A stretch of DNA of 58,531 bases from Candidatus Omnitrophota bacterium. Lineage in GTDB: Bacteria; Omnitrophota; Gorgyraeia; Gorgyraeales; Gorgyraeaceae. Both the position numbers and the translations under genes were made by a program. The stretch spans positions 105,984-164,514 of the forward strand of contig JBDRJN010000002.1 of the NCBI GenBank assembly GCA_043814965.1. The letters are read 5' to 3'. How positions within the stretch are numbered: position 1 is the first letter of the stretch; every line of letters starts with the position of its first letter. Shown here in pieces: positions 17,868-27,802 of the stretch. The notes under the pieces are model-generated. The model was given only the letters and a program-made list of their open reading frames with translations. It was not told the DNA's origin and did no database searches.

Positions 17868-19562
17868 ATGCCTTCCATCAGAATAGCTTTAGCTCAATTA
17901 AATCCAATAGTCGGTGACCTAAAGTGCAATACAGAAAAGATCGTTTCTTATATAGATAGCGCGAGGAAAAATGATGTTGATATGGTAGTTTTTCCAGAAC
18001 TGGCGATCACTGGATACCCCCCGGAAGACTTATTGCTTAAACCTCATTTTATAAGAGATAACCTGGGATGCCTTAAAAAGATAACTTCTTATACGAAAGA
18101 TATTATTGTGATAGTTGGTTTTGTGAATAGCGCTAATGGCAAGGCATATAATAGCGCAGCCTTACTAGCCGACAATAAGATCGTCTTCATCCATGATAAG
18201 GTGCATCTTCCTAATTATGGCGTATTTGATGAGGTGAGGTATTTTGGGAATGGCAAAGGGTATACTCTAGTAAAGTCCAAAGATTTTTCTTTTGTCATGA
18301 CTATATGCGAAGACATATGGAAGAGCACCAGAAGGGAAGAAAAGGATTATTTTTCAAAAGCGGATTTTTTAATAAATATCTCAGCCTCTCCATACTATAT
18401 AGATAAACTTAAAGAAAGGCAAGGCGTCTTGAAGGAAAAAGCAAAAAAATACAAGAGGCCTATTATATATTGCAATCTTGTTGGAGGCCAGGATGAGCTT
18501 ATATTTGATGGAAGAAGCAGTTTATTTGATGCCAAAGGAAAATGTACTCTGGAAGGAAAGGCATTTGAAGAGGATATGCTTTTATTTGATATCGATATAG
18601 ATAAAAAGAAAAAAAGTTCTTCCAGCAAGACAAGGGCCGTAAAACTGATCTATAGCCTAAGAGATAAAGTAAAGACTATACCGAAAAGGCCGATCAAGAG
18701 TATCAGCAAGATAGAAGAGATATATAATGCGCTTATACTTGGCATACGCGATTATGTAAAAAAGAATGGTTTTAAGAAGATAGTGTTGGGTATCAGCGGA
18801 GGTATTGACTCAGCCTTGGTAGCTTGTCTTTCTGCTAAGGCAGTAGGCCCTGGAAATGTATTGGGTATATCTATGCCTTCCAGATTTTCTTCTAGACAGA
18901 CACAAGATGATGGAGAAAAGATCTGTAGTAATCTTGGTATAGGTTTTAAGAAGGTCCCAATAGATGCTATATTTGATCTATACAATGAGACCCTAAAAGG
19001 GCATTTTGAAGGCAGAGGCTATGATATTACAGAGGAAAATATGCAGGCCAGGATAAGAGGCAATATCCTGATGGCTTTCTCAAATAAGTTTGGATACCTG
19101 GTACTCAATACAGGCAATAAGAGCGAGACAAGCGTAGGATACTGTACTCTATATGGAGATATGGCCGGTGGTTTTGCTGTGATAAAAGATGTACCTAAAA
19201 ACTTGGTCTATGCGCTTACCGATTACATAAACACCCTAGAGAACAGGGAATTGATACCTAGTACTATTATACAACGCGCTCCTTCTGCTGAGCTTAGGGT
19301 TGACCAAAAAGACCAGGACAGCTTGCCTTCTTATGATATATTGGATAATATTATAGAGATGTATATAAGAGAGAACAAAGGGTTTGATATTATAGCAAAA
19401 AAGATAGGAAATAAAGATATAGTGAAAAAGGTATTAAATATGATAGATATCAATGAATATAAAAGACGCCAATCTCCTCCAGGTATCAAGATCACATCTA
19501 TAGCTTTTGGGAAAGATAGGCGTATGCCGATAACTAATAGATACAAGGAGGATGATATATGA
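17868..19562 (+). CDS. nadE: glutamine-dependent NAD+ synthetase (CN-hydrolase + NadE domains)
   Basis: N-terminal nitrilase-like domain (FPELAITGYPPEDL) and the GISGGIDSA PP-loop. ATG 17868 is preferred over the track GTG at 17862. Confidence 0.9.
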   Translation: MPSIRIALAQLNPIVGDLKCNTEKIVSYIDSARKNDVDMVVFPELAITGYPPEDLLLKPHFIRDNLGCLKKITSYTKDIIVIVGFVNSANGKAYNSAALLADNKIVFIHDKVHLPNYGVFDEVRYFGNGKGYTLVKSKDFSFVMTICEDIWKSTRREEKDYFSKADFLINISASPYYIDKLKERQGVLKEKAKKYKRPIIYCNLVGGQDELIFDGRSSLFDAKGKCTLEGKAFEEDMLLFDIDIDKKKKSSSSKTRAVKLIYSLRDKVKTIPKRPIKSISKIEEIYNALILGIRDYVKKNGFKKIVLGISGGIDSALVACLSAKAVGPGNVLGISMPSRFSSRQTQDDGEKICSNLGIGFKKVPIDAIFDLYNETLKGHFEGRGYDITEENMQARIRGNILMAFSNKFGYLVLNTGNKSETSVGYCTLYGDMAGGFAVIKDVPKNLVYALTDYINTLENRELIPSTIIQRAPSAELRVDQKDQDSLPSYDILDNIIEMYIRENKGFDIIAKKIGNKDIVKKVLNMIDINEYKRRQSPPGIKITSIAFGKDRRMPITNRYKEDDI

Positions 19563-19843
19563 AGAAGGTCAGTACCTATACAAAAGAAGAGCAGTTTATT
19601 ACTATAGTAGCCAGGATAAATGGTTATTTTATTATGATGGGTGTGTTTTATCTAGTGTATTTTTTTCTGCAGACAGAGGTAGACGTGTTCTTGTTTTTAT
19701 TGGCGCTTTTAAATATGGCATTTGCGCTTCTTTCAGTGAGGCACCTCGCAGTCACTAGCAGACTTGTCGTAGAGCTTCAGCGCGCAAGGTCAGCGCTAGA
19801 AGAGATCGTAGAAGCCAAGGAAGATACAACTAAAGATAGATGA
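19559..19843 (+). CDS. small membrane protein, unknown function
   Basis: Two hydrophobic helices. ATGA overlaps with both neighbouring genes. Confidence 0.5.
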   Translation: MKKVSTYTKEEQFITIVARINGYFIMMGVFYLVYFFLQTEVDVFLFLLALLNMAFALLSVRHLAVTSRLVVELQRARSALEEIVEAKEDTTKDR

Positions 19844-20625
19844 TAATAAGATTTTTTTTAGTACCTTTATTATTTTTAAGCCTTTTTGCTCCGCCTAAAG
19901 ATATAGATATAAGCGCCGAATCCGCTATACTTGTAAGCCCTTTAGTGAAGAGAGTCATCTATTCTAAAAATCCGCATAAAAAACTTGCCCCTGCCAGCAC
20001 TGTAAAGATAATGACAGCGCTTTTAACTCTCAAAAATGGAGATCTAGACAACAGGCTGATAGTCAGTAAGTTTGCCAGTTCCATGGAGCCGTCCAAGATA
20101 TATATAAAAGAGGGAGAGGAGTACACAAGAGGGGGGCTGGTAAGAGCTATACTTTTAAATTCAGGTAATGATGCAAGCGTGGCCTTGGCTGAAAACGTAG
20201 GGGGCGCTGAGAAGGATTTTGTAATGATGATGAATATGCTGGCTGAAAAAATAGGCGCAAAGAACACAAATTTTACAAATTCAAATGGACTCCCTGACGA
20301 AAAACAATATTCAACAGCGTATGATCTGGCGCTTGTAGTAAGAGAAGCGATGAAAGACAAGAGATTCGTCAGCATAATGAATCTAAAGTATGATGAGATA
20401 GAAGAGCTGAAGACAGGAAGAAAGATAAAATTAAAGAATCACAATAAGAGCCTCTGGAAAGATAAGCCGTATGTAATCGTAGGAAAGACCGGGTACACAA
20501 AAAAGGCAAAACACTGTTTTGCAGGGTATATCCAGTACAATAGATGGCGTAGGGTAATAGTGGTCATACTGAAAAGCAATAGCCTCTGGAAGGATCTTGA
20601 GGTATTGGCGGAGAGCATGCTTTGA
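19840..20625 (+). CDS. D-alanyl-D-alanine carboxypeptidase (peptidase S11)
   Basis: STVK (SxxK), SGND (SxN) and KTGYT (KTG) motifs; signal peptide. Confidence 0.85.
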   Translation: MIIRFFLVPLLFLSLFAPPKDIDISAESAILVSPLVKRVIYSKNPHKKLAPASTVKIMTALLTLKNGDLDNRLIVSKFASSMEPSKIYIKEGEEYTRGGLVRAILLNSGNDASVALAENVGGAEKDFVMMMNMLAEKIGAKNTNFTNSNGLPDEKQYSTAYDLALVVREAMKDKRFVSIMNLKYDEIEELKTGRKIKLKNHNKSLWKDKPYVIVGKTGYTKKAKHCFAGYIQYNRWRRVIVVILKSNSLWKDLEVLAESML

Positions 20626-20681
20626 GCGGGGTAATGGGGCACGGATAACGGGTCACGGGGTATGATGTGCGGGGAGGTAAT

Positions 20682-21380
20682 ATGTTAAAAAAAGGTTTAA
20701 GTATATTTATTATTTCAGGACTTATTTTATTGTCTTCCAGCAATGCATATGCAACTTCAGCTTATGGGACACATATGCCTGAGAGATACAGGTGGACATG
20801 CGGGCTTGAGGGCAACTTTGTAATAGACAGGAACCTGGATAATTACGTAGGCGGGACCAGCGGTAACAGATATTTTTTTACTGCGAGTCTTGGTATATTT
20901 CCGTGGCTTAGTTTTGACGGAAAGGCTGGCCTGGGCAATGTTGATTGGGATAGGTCTGATGGTTCAAGAGACATAAGTTATGATACTGCTTTTGCAGGCG
21001 CATATGGCCTTAGGGTAAAAGGCCTTGAAATAAAAGAATGGGGGTTGAAGAGCGTATTGGGATTTCAGCATATAAGCGTTCACCCGGATGCAAAAAATCA
21101 GGATGGGATCAAGCATGAAGCTATTATAGATGAATGGAACGGTACGATACTTATATCAAAAGACATGGGAAAGCTTGTCCCTTATATTGGTGAAAGATTT
21201 GGAAGCCTGGATTTTATCAAGTGGGAGAATGAAGCCCATAGAAAAAGGATACACTCAGAAAAATATTATGGCGCGGTCCTGGGTTTGGACTATTGGTTGA
21301 ATGACACTACAAAGGTGAACCTAGAAAGTACTTTTGTTGACGGAGAAGAGATAAGCATCGGTATCAGTAAGGACTTTTAA
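20682..21380 (+). CDS. secreted, probably beta-barrel outer-membrane protein, unknown function
   Basis: Signal peptide MLKKGLSIFIISGLILLSSSNAYA, alternating aromatic/Gly-rich strands and a C-terminal ..ISKDF. ATG 20682 with SD GGGGAGG. Confidence 0.5.
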   Translation: MLKKGLSIFIISGLILLSSSNAYATSAYGTHMPERYRWTCGLEGNFVIDRNLDNYVGGTSGNRYFFTASLGIFPWLSFDGKAGLGNVDWDRSDGSRDISYDTAFAGAYGLRVKGLEIKEWGLKSVLGFQHISVHPDAKNQDGIKHEAIIDEWNGTILISKDMGKLVPYIGERFGSLDFIKWENEAHRKRIHSEKYYGAVLGLDYWLNDTTKVNLESTFVDGEEISIGISKDF

Positions 21381-22473
21381 CGAGTATCGTAGTAAAGGCA
21401 TTTTGTAGATAATATATCCTGGGATATTTTTTTATAGCTCTATCGATATATCTTTTAGCTTCCTTTGCACTTTTAAAGAATAAAAATGGTAGGTCCTTAT
21501 CTTTATATAGATGTGAATTCTTTGATATAAAGCCTAACTTTCCTTTTTGTAGAGCCTTTGAGGCCATGTATGCCCTATGCTCTCCTCCCAGACAACCTCT
21601 TTTTTTGATAAGAGATATAAGTTTAGAAGGATCTTTAAGCTTTAACATCTTATCCTGAAATCTTTTTTCACCAAGGCCCTTGCCAAAACCTTCTTCTAGT
21701 CCAGCTTTTACCAGTATAAGAGGGTTTTTATTGACAGGCGGATTTTTCGAATCCAGTATATAATTAAATATACGGGATGCCTGGTAGATATTGGAGCCTT
21801 TTGATTTTGGTACATCGCATATTATGACATCATAAAAAGCCCTTAGCTTTTTCTCGAATATATTTTTGGAGTATACCACGGCTTTATCAAAGGATCTTTT
21901 TGGATCTCCCTCGAACACCTTGATGAGCCTCCCTTTTTTATCATTTACTATATTAATAGAATAGTTTATGGGAAGGATACGAGCTATATCATCTATAAAA
22001 TCTCTAAAAGGATTATTTTTTATGAGACATAGCTTTACAGTAGCCTTATCCAGGAAGCGGGGGTGGTGCGTAAAATTGATCGTCTTAACCCCCGCAAGGC
22101 CTATGGATACGGCCTTTATTCCACCGCTGTATCCTGCATATAGGTGAGGCTCTACAACTCCCACTGTTATTATGGAATCAGCATTTTTAAGTTTTTTATT
22201 TAGGTATATGGGTACGCCATTTTTTGACTTTCCAAAATAAGATACGTGACTATCTTTATAGTTATGAGAGCTTACTTTTACTTTATTACAAATAAGGCCT
22301 AAATTATATTGCATCTCTTTTTTTGTAGGAGCGCGGTGAAGCCCGGTTGCTATAAGTATCTCTGTATCTTTAAGCTTTATACCGTGCTTCCCGAGTTTTT
22401 TGATCAGAGGAGGGAGTATCTTCTTTAGATGAGCTGTTCTGGTAAAATCTGGTACAGCAATAATAGTTTTCAT
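21364..22473 (-). CDS. LarA-like (lactate racemase family, DUF2088) protein
   Basis: PDFTR, ATGLHR and EPHLYAGYSGGIK motifs parallel the LarA motifs SDHTRP, ATGFHR and ESHFFAGFSGGRK. Confidence 0.65.
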   Translation of the reverse strand: MKTIIAVPDFTRTAHLKKILPPLIKKLGKHGIKLKDTEILIATGLHRAPTKKEMQYNLGLICNKVKVSSHNYKDSHVSYFGKSKNGVPIYLNKKLKNADSIITVGVVEPHLYAGYSGGIKAVSIGLAGVKTINFTHHPRFLDKATVKLCLIKNNPFRDFIDDIARILPINYSINIVNDKKGRLIKVFEGDPKRSFDKAVVYSKNIFEKKLRAFYDVIICDVPKSKGSNIYQASRIFNYILDSKNPPVNKNPLILVKAGLEEGFGKGLGEKRFQDKMLKLKDPSKLISLIKKRGCLGGEHRAYMASKALQKGKLGFISKNSHLYKDKDLPFLFFKSAKEAKRYIDRAIKKYPRIYYLQNAFTTILVKSPY

Positions 22474-22534
22474 AGCTGCAAGGGTCCTTCTTGGCTGGTG
22501 AGTTCTTCAAAAAGACGCTTTGTTATAATCGAAC

Positions 22535-22772
22535 CTTGCCTTGCTATGGGTACTGCTTTCGAGGACATAAAATTTTCCCAGCGTGAAAATTTTATTCCGT
22601 TTTCTTTCTCGCTCTCGCCTAAACCTTTTCTTCGGTAGGAGAGCCTTAAGGCTCTCCTACATTAGATATATCGGTAGGGGAGCTTTAAAGCTCCCCTACC
22701 GATATATACGAGGGCGAACCATGCCCGCTTGAAAGAAAAAGGCCTCTCAAGCAGTACCCATAGCAAGGCAAG
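22535..22772. mobile_element. palindromic element, family 3, with two internal perfect hairpins
   Basis: Perfect 24-bp inverted termini cttgccttgctatgggtactgctt / aagcagtacccatagcaaggcaag. Internal hairpins at 22635..22660 and 22666..22707. Confidence 0.7.
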
Positions 22773-22786
22773 ATTAATTTTAAGCC

Positions 22787-24238
22787 TCACTGGCTTGCCA
22801 GCAGTTCCTTAGGAAAAATATTACCCAAGCCTAGCATACATGCTGGGTCAAGCGCTTTTTTTAATCGCGCCATCTCTATCAGGGCATTTTTCCCGTACAT
22901 AGCTTCAAGGAATTTATGTTTTAATTTGCCTATGCCGTGTTCCGCGGATACCGTACCTCCCAAAGAAACAGCCTTTTTTACAAAATCCATGTATATGGAT
23001 TTACTTTCCGCGAATTCCATATCATTTTTAGGGAGGAGATTTACATGCATATGGCTTTCACCTATATGGCCGAATATTACATATTCGATTTTACAACAAG
23101 ATAATCTTTCTTTATAAAAATCAAACATCTCGATGAATTTATTGTCAGGTACAGCTATATCTGTGCCGACCTTGGGAAGCCTGTTTTTCTTTACTATCTC
23201 ATTTATCGTCTCAGGAAGAGCATGCCTGAATTCTTTTAACTTTTCCTGCTCTTTGATAGAATCCGCAAAATAACTTTTATCTTCTATATAATTATGTTTT
23301 TCTAGAAGGCCTATCCACTGGTCTATCATCTTTGATTCGTCCTGCTCTTTGTAATCTTGCTCAAAATATACAAGCGATTTTGTAGATAGTATGTTGGGAA
23401 ACTTATTATTTAATAACTTCAGGGAATTCTCATCCATGTATTCTATTGAAAGGGCGCTATATCTCTTTGCCTCGTTCACAAAATTCAAGGCATCAGAATC
23501 CTTATCAAAAAAACTGAAGAAACTCATTATCTTATCAAGCCTTCTATTTATAGATACCTCTATCTCTATTATAAAACCAAGGGTACCCTCTGACCCTATG
23601 AAAATATCTATAAGGTCCATACCATCTTTTACATAATAGCCGCTTGCATTTTTTACGTTTGGCATTACATATGTCGGTATAGGCAGCTTTAATTCTTTAT
23701 CTTTTAGTCTTATGCTAAATGTATTTCTTTTTGTTGTTATATAATCACCGCGTTTTATATCTAGTATATCGCCTGAGCTTAATACCACTTTTAACCTTTT
23801 TATATATTTTCTGGTAGAGCCATATTTAAATCCTCTTGCGCCTGATGCATTGGTAGAGACGGTTCCTCCTATAAAGGCATTTGATTCAGTGGGTTTCGGT
23901 AGATATGTAAGTCCTATCTTGAAAAGCTCATTCTCTAGTTCACTTAGCCTTACACCTGGCTGTACTATGGCAGTCAGGTCAGCCTTATCAATACAGGTTA
24001 TCTTATTAAGAGAGTCAGTGCCTATGATAGTCCCGCCAAAAGGCACACGGCTTCCTGTGACACCAGTCCCTCCGCCAGAGATAGTTGCAGGGATTTTGTT
24101 GTTAGACAGCTCTTTCAGTGTTTCTATAGAGTCTTTTTCAGATTCAGGAAGTACTAATCTATCTGCATGTCCTCCCAGAAGCCCGGACTCATCCTCAAAA
24201 TAACACTTGATTATATCAGGATCTCTTTTTATAATCAT
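22787..24238 (-). CDS. FAD-linked oxidase (GlcD / D-lactate dehydrogenase family)
   Basis: SGGGTGVTGSRVP FAD-binding motif, GTLGFIIEIEV, and C-terminal SAEHGIGKLK. Confidence 0.8.
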   Translation of the reverse strand: MIIKRDPDIIKCYFEDESGLLGGHADRLVLPESEKDSIETLKELSNNKIPATISGGGTGVTGSRVPFGGTIIGTDSLNKITCIDKADLTAIVQPGVRLSELENELFKIGLTYLPKPTESNAFIGGTVSTNASGARGFKYGSTRKYIKRLKVVLSSGDILDIKRGDYITTKRNTFSIRLKDKELKLPIPTYVMPNVKNASGYYVKDGMDLIDIFIGSEGTLGFIIEIEVSINRRLDKIMSFFSFFDKDSDALNFVNEAKRYSALSIEYMDENSLKLLNNKFPNILSTKSLVYFEQDYKEQDESKMIDQWIGLLEKHNYIEDKSYFADSIKEQEKLKEFRHALPETINEIVKKNRLPKVGTDIAVPDNKFIEMFDFYKERLSCCKIEYVIFGHIGESHMHVNLLPKNDMEFAESKSIYMDFVKKAVSLGGTVSAEHGIGKLKHKFLEAMYGKNALIEMARLKKALDPACMLGLGNIFPKELLASQ

Positions 24239-24285
24239 ATTTATAATCTATCATAGTAAATATAGAAAGTAAATATTACATTTAT

Positions 24286-24645
24286 ATGCAGATCTTACTT
24301 GGTCTTTTAATAGGCTTACTATCAGGGATAGCAAGCGGTTTCTTCGGGATAGGAGGGGCTGTGATCGCTGTCCCTCTTTTGGTATATCTATTTAAGTATC
24401 CTCAACATTATGCTCAGGGCACAGCTATAGGCGCGCTATTACTGCCCATAGGGCTTCTCGCGGCTATTAGGTATTATAGATCCGGGAATCTAAATATAAA
24501 GGTCGCGTTGCTTATAGGCTTAGGTTTTTTTATAGGGGGTTTTATAGGCGCCTCTTGGGCTCATATAGTACCCAATCTTATTCTAAAAAGGGCATTTGGC
24601 GGGTTGCTTTTAATAATAGCTATATATATGTTGTTAGGAAAATAA
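24286..24645 (+). CDS. TauE/SafE-family half-size membrane protein
   Basis: GFFGIGGAVIAVPLL motif; 119 aa; 4 TM segments. Confidence 0.6.
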   Translation: MQILLGLLIGLLSGIASGFFGIGGAVIAVPLLVYLFKYPQHYAQGTAIGALLLPIGLLAAIRYYRSGNLNIKVALLIGLGFFIGGFIGASWAHIVPNLILKRAFGGLLLIIAIYMLLGK

Positions 24646-24646
24646 T

Positions 24647-25765
24647 ATGATAAAGCCTAATCCATTTACTCCTCAATCAGGATGGGAGCCAAGGGTCTTT
24701 GGGGGCAGAGAGAAAGAGATAGATCTATTTAAAGAGACCCTTCAAGACAGTGTTTCATCAAAACCTGCACATCTTGCAGTGCTTGGCGAGTGGGGTATAG
24801 GTAAGACCTCTCTTTTAAAACAATTTAGAAGAATATCCCAGGAAAACAGCTATCCAGCATGTTTTTGTTCTATATCTAGATTTACCAAGAAAAACAAGCC
24901 TTTGGATGCGGTATATTTGATTGCCGAGGAGATGGCTATAAGTTTTTCAAGGTCAGCTGAAGACCCAGAAAAGTTATTAAAGATGTTTTCCAGGAAATCC
25001 TCACTTTCACAGGCCCAGACACAGTTTGCAAGGTTTCTGATCGAGCTATGGAAGACATTGGATGTAAAACTGGCGGTTATCTTATTGGATGATCTGCAAA
25101 ATCTTTTAGCTATATCCAATACTATAGATATATTAAGGGCGACTTTGAGCAGGGACGATGTGTTGAATAATACAAAGTTTATGTTTGTACTGTCTTCGAC
25201 CCCGAATGGATGGGGTATGTTTATCGATAAACATGATCCTGTAGGCAGGTTTTTTAGAAAAAGGCTTGTTACGGAAAATCTGACCGAGATAGAGGTGATA
25301 GATATCTTGGATAACACGCTTAAGGATACAGGAGTGTGCTTTAGTGATATCATCAAAAAAAGGGTCTTTGAATATACATATGGACATCCTTATGAAGTAC
25401 AGCTCCTTTCAAGCCATCTTTATGATGCCCAGATAGAAGGTAGCGTCGGAGAAGGCCTTTGGGATAACGCGCTTAATGTTACGCTCAGGGAATTGGGTAA
25501 GGATTATTTTAACACCCTGATCTCAAAGGCAAGCGATAGGGAGAGGGATTTACTGAGGATACTTGCTGAAGAAAAAAAGGCTTTATCTATAAAGGATTTC
25601 AGGAATATGATGATAGTAGGGCCGCGCGCCAGGAAATTTCCCATCGCCAATATAAAGAATTTTCTCTATCGCCTTCATGAAAAAGGCCTTGTAGCAAGGC
25701 TTCAGGATGGAAGCTTTGCTATGCCGGATAGGATGTTCAGGGAGTTTGTATTAAAATTTGGTTGA
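24647..25765 (+). CDS. P-loop NTPase (AAA/ORC-like ATPase with C-terminal winged-helix-like region)
   Basis: Walker A GEWGIGKTS and Walker B VILLDDLQ. Confidence 0.6.
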   Translation: MIKPNPFTPQSGWEPRVFGGREKEIDLFKETLQDSVSSKPAHLAVLGEWGIGKTSLLKQFRRISQENSYPACFCSISRFTKKNKPLDAVYLIAEEMAISFSRSAEDPEKLLKMFSRKSSLSQAQTQFARFLIELWKTLDVKLAVILLDDLQNLLAISNTIDILRATLSRDDVLNNTKFMFVLSSTPNGWGMFIDKHDPVGRFFRKRLVTENLTEIEVIDILDNTLKDTGVCFSDIIKKRVFEYTYGHPYEVQLLSSHLYDAQIEGSVGEGLWDNALNVTLRELGKDYFNTLISKASDRERDLLRILAEEKKALSIKDFRNMMIVGPRARKFPIANIKNFLYRLHEKGLVARLQDGSFAMPDRMFREFVLKFG

Positions 25766-25869
25766 CAATATTTAATATGGAATATATATTGTGTGAGATA
25801 TCCCTCGCGGTATCATATCGAATAATGGCTGCTCGGGATTAATTCGCATCATCATTGAAGGAGGAAGAA

Positions 25870-26055
25870 ATGATCGCTAAGATGAACTTAGAACTATGTG
25901 TTGGCTGCGGGTTATGCGTAAACACATGCCCAGAAGTATTCGAGATGCAGGAAGACAAGGCTATAGTAAAAGGGGATGCTGTCCCGGCTGGTAACGAAGA
26001 GACCTGCAGGCAGGCGAAAGATGAATGTCCTGTAGAGGCAATAACTATAGAATGA
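25870..26055 (+). CDS. small [4Fe-4S] ferredoxin
   Basis: CVGCGLCVNTCP plus a distal C..CP. ATG 25870 follows SD GAAGGAGG. Confidence 0.85.
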   Translation: MIAKMNLELCVGCGLCVNTCPEVFEMQEDKAIVKGDAVPAGNEETCRQAKDECPVEAITIE

Positions 26056-26080
26056 TTTATTGTTAATAGGATTCAATAAG

Positions 26081-26140
26081 CCCCTGCACCAATAGGTATA
26101 CAAAAGATAGTTGTTTCCATTGGTGCTGGGGTATTTTTTT
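26081..26140. terminator. intrinsic terminator between convergent ferredoxin and NSS operons
   Basis: Imperfect 15-bp stem cccctgcaccaatagg / ccattggtgctgggg followed by tattttttt. Confidence 0.65.
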
Positions 26141-26237
26141 AGTTCTTTTTGGAAAAGATCTTTCTAAAGCAGAATATAGTAAGGCTTATTATAGTGATCC
26201 AGGATATGGAAAATATCACCCATCCAGATATAGTCAT
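26139..26237 (-). CDS. 32-aa single-TM protein, MetS-like small subunit of the NSS transporter (below the ORF-track size cutoff)
   Basis: Its ATG overlaps the transporter TGA (ATGA). The product MTISGWVIFSISWITIISLTIFCFRKIFSKKN has one TM helix and a basic tail. Confidence 0.55.
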   Translation of the reverse strand: MTISGWVIFSISWITIISLTIFCFRKIFSKKN

Positions 26238-27790
26238 CTTTTAGGCCCTCTTTTACGTTTCGCCCAGGCGATCTTTACAAGTATAGATAAAGTCAAGAAC
26301 ATGACCACAAGCAGTATCCTTGTAGCTAATACAAAAGGTTTATTGGTTTGGCTGATGTTTTTCATGAATATGGTCGGTATTCCCTGCTGGTAGAACCAAA
26401 ACCCCAGGATAAGGAATAAGAATAAAGGCGTAATATACTTTATTATAAATTTGTATATCCTGGGTATCCTTAGATCAGCCCCATGATGTATCTCTTCCCA
26501 GGCTTTTTCTATGCCGAATACCCAGCCAAATAGTATGATCTCAACTGTTGCGAAAACCACAAGGCAAAATGTGCCTCCCCAGAAATCCAGTTCATCTACA
26601 ACACCATTTTTTAGGAAAAATATAGCCGGCTGACATAGTATAAAGGAGATTATACCAAATAAAAGAACTGCTTTTTTCTTTGAGATATTGAATTCATCCT
26701 CCAGGAATGCTATTGTCGGCTGTGCCAGGGATACGCTTGAAGTGATCCCTGCAAGGAACAGCAGGGAAAACCACAAGCACCCAAAGAATGCGCTTAGTGC
26801 GATCTTTTGAAATATAAGCGGCATGGTCACGAACCCTAGGTTGAATGCCCCGCCTGCAGCGACAGCCTGTATTTTATCCGGGCCGAAGAATATATACGCG
26901 GCTGGTATTATTATAGATGAGCCCAGTATGATCTCCGCGAATTCATTGGTGCTGGCTGCTGTAAGCCCGGAGAGCGCGACATCATCGGTTTTTTTAAGGT
27001 AGCTGGCATATGTCAGTATAACGCCTATCCCTACACTGAGAGTAAAAAATATCTGTCCAGCCGCAGCGAGCCAGACTTTGGAGTTTCTAAGGGCTGAAAA
27101 ATCCGGATTCCATAAAAAACCAAGGCCGTTCAGTATATTCCAGTCAGGTTTTGATATATCAGGAGTACCTAACGTAAGGACCCTTATTACTATGATTATC
27201 CCAAATATAAAGAGAGTAGGCATAGCAAACTTACATAGTTTTTCAATACCTCCGGATATACCTTTGTATATTATCAATATGTTTATGGCGAATGTGACAA
27301 TAAAGAATAGATAGGCATATTGGATGCTTGAGAAGTATTGATTTTTTTCTATACCCTGAAAGCCTTTTAGGAGGCTGACCATCTCTTCCTGGTTGGCCAC
27401 AGGGCTGTATTTACCTACAGCTGAGAAAAAGGCATAAGCAAGCGTCCATGATGCTATATAATTGTAATAGATAAATATCACTAGAGGCCCGAATATCCCT
27501 ATAACACCGAAGTATTTTATAAAACGGTTTTTCTCCCACATGTTATGGAATATCCCCGGGGCTGTCCCATGCCCAAATCCACCACCGAACCTTCCGACAG
27601 CCCATTCTACCCACATAAGAGGTATACCAAGGAGGAGGAGAGAGGCAAAATAAGGTATCATAAAAGCCCCGCCGCCGTTCTGTACGGCCTGGACAGGAAA
27701 GCGCAGGAAATTACCAAGCCCGACCGCGCTTCCTGCAACAGCCATTATGATGCCTAGCTTTGATTTCCATGCATCACGATTTTTCTTCAT
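26234..27790 (-). CDS. sodium-dependent transporter, NSS/SNF family
   Basis: GSAVGLGNFLRFPVQAVQNGGGAFMIPY signature; about 12 TM segments. Confidence 0.9.
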   Translation of the reverse strand: MKKNRDAWKSKLGIIMAVAGSAVGLGNFLRFPVQAVQNGGGAFMIPYFASLLLLGIPLMWVEWAVGRFGGGFGHGTAPGIFHNMWEKNRFIKYFGVIGIFGPLVIFIYYNYIASWTLAYAFFSAVGKYSPVANQEEMVSLLKGFQGIEKNQYFSSIQYAYLFFIVTFAINILIIYKGISGGIEKLCKFAMPTLFIFGIIIVIRVLTLGTPDISKPDWNILNGLGFLWNPDFSALRNSKVWLAAAGQIFFTLSVGIGVILTYASYLKKTDDVALSGLTAASTNEFAEIILGSSIIIPAAYIFFGPDKIQAVAAGGAFNLGFVTMPLIFQKIALSAFFGCLWFSLLFLAGITSSVSLAQPTIAFLEDEFNISKKKAVLLFGIISFILCQPAIFFLKNGVVDELDFWGGTFCLVVFATVEIILFGWVFGIEKAWEEIHHGADLRIPRIYKFIIKYITPLFLFLILGFWFYQQGIPTIFMKNISQTNKPFVLATRILLVVMFLTLSILVKIAWAKRKRGPKR

Positions 27791-27802
27791 ATAGGCCTAT
27801 CT

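Noticed and set aside
24850-25387. Minus-strand ORFs 24850..25356 and 25133..25387
   Set aside because: They are antisense to the P-loop NTPase gene, which has Walker A and B motifs.
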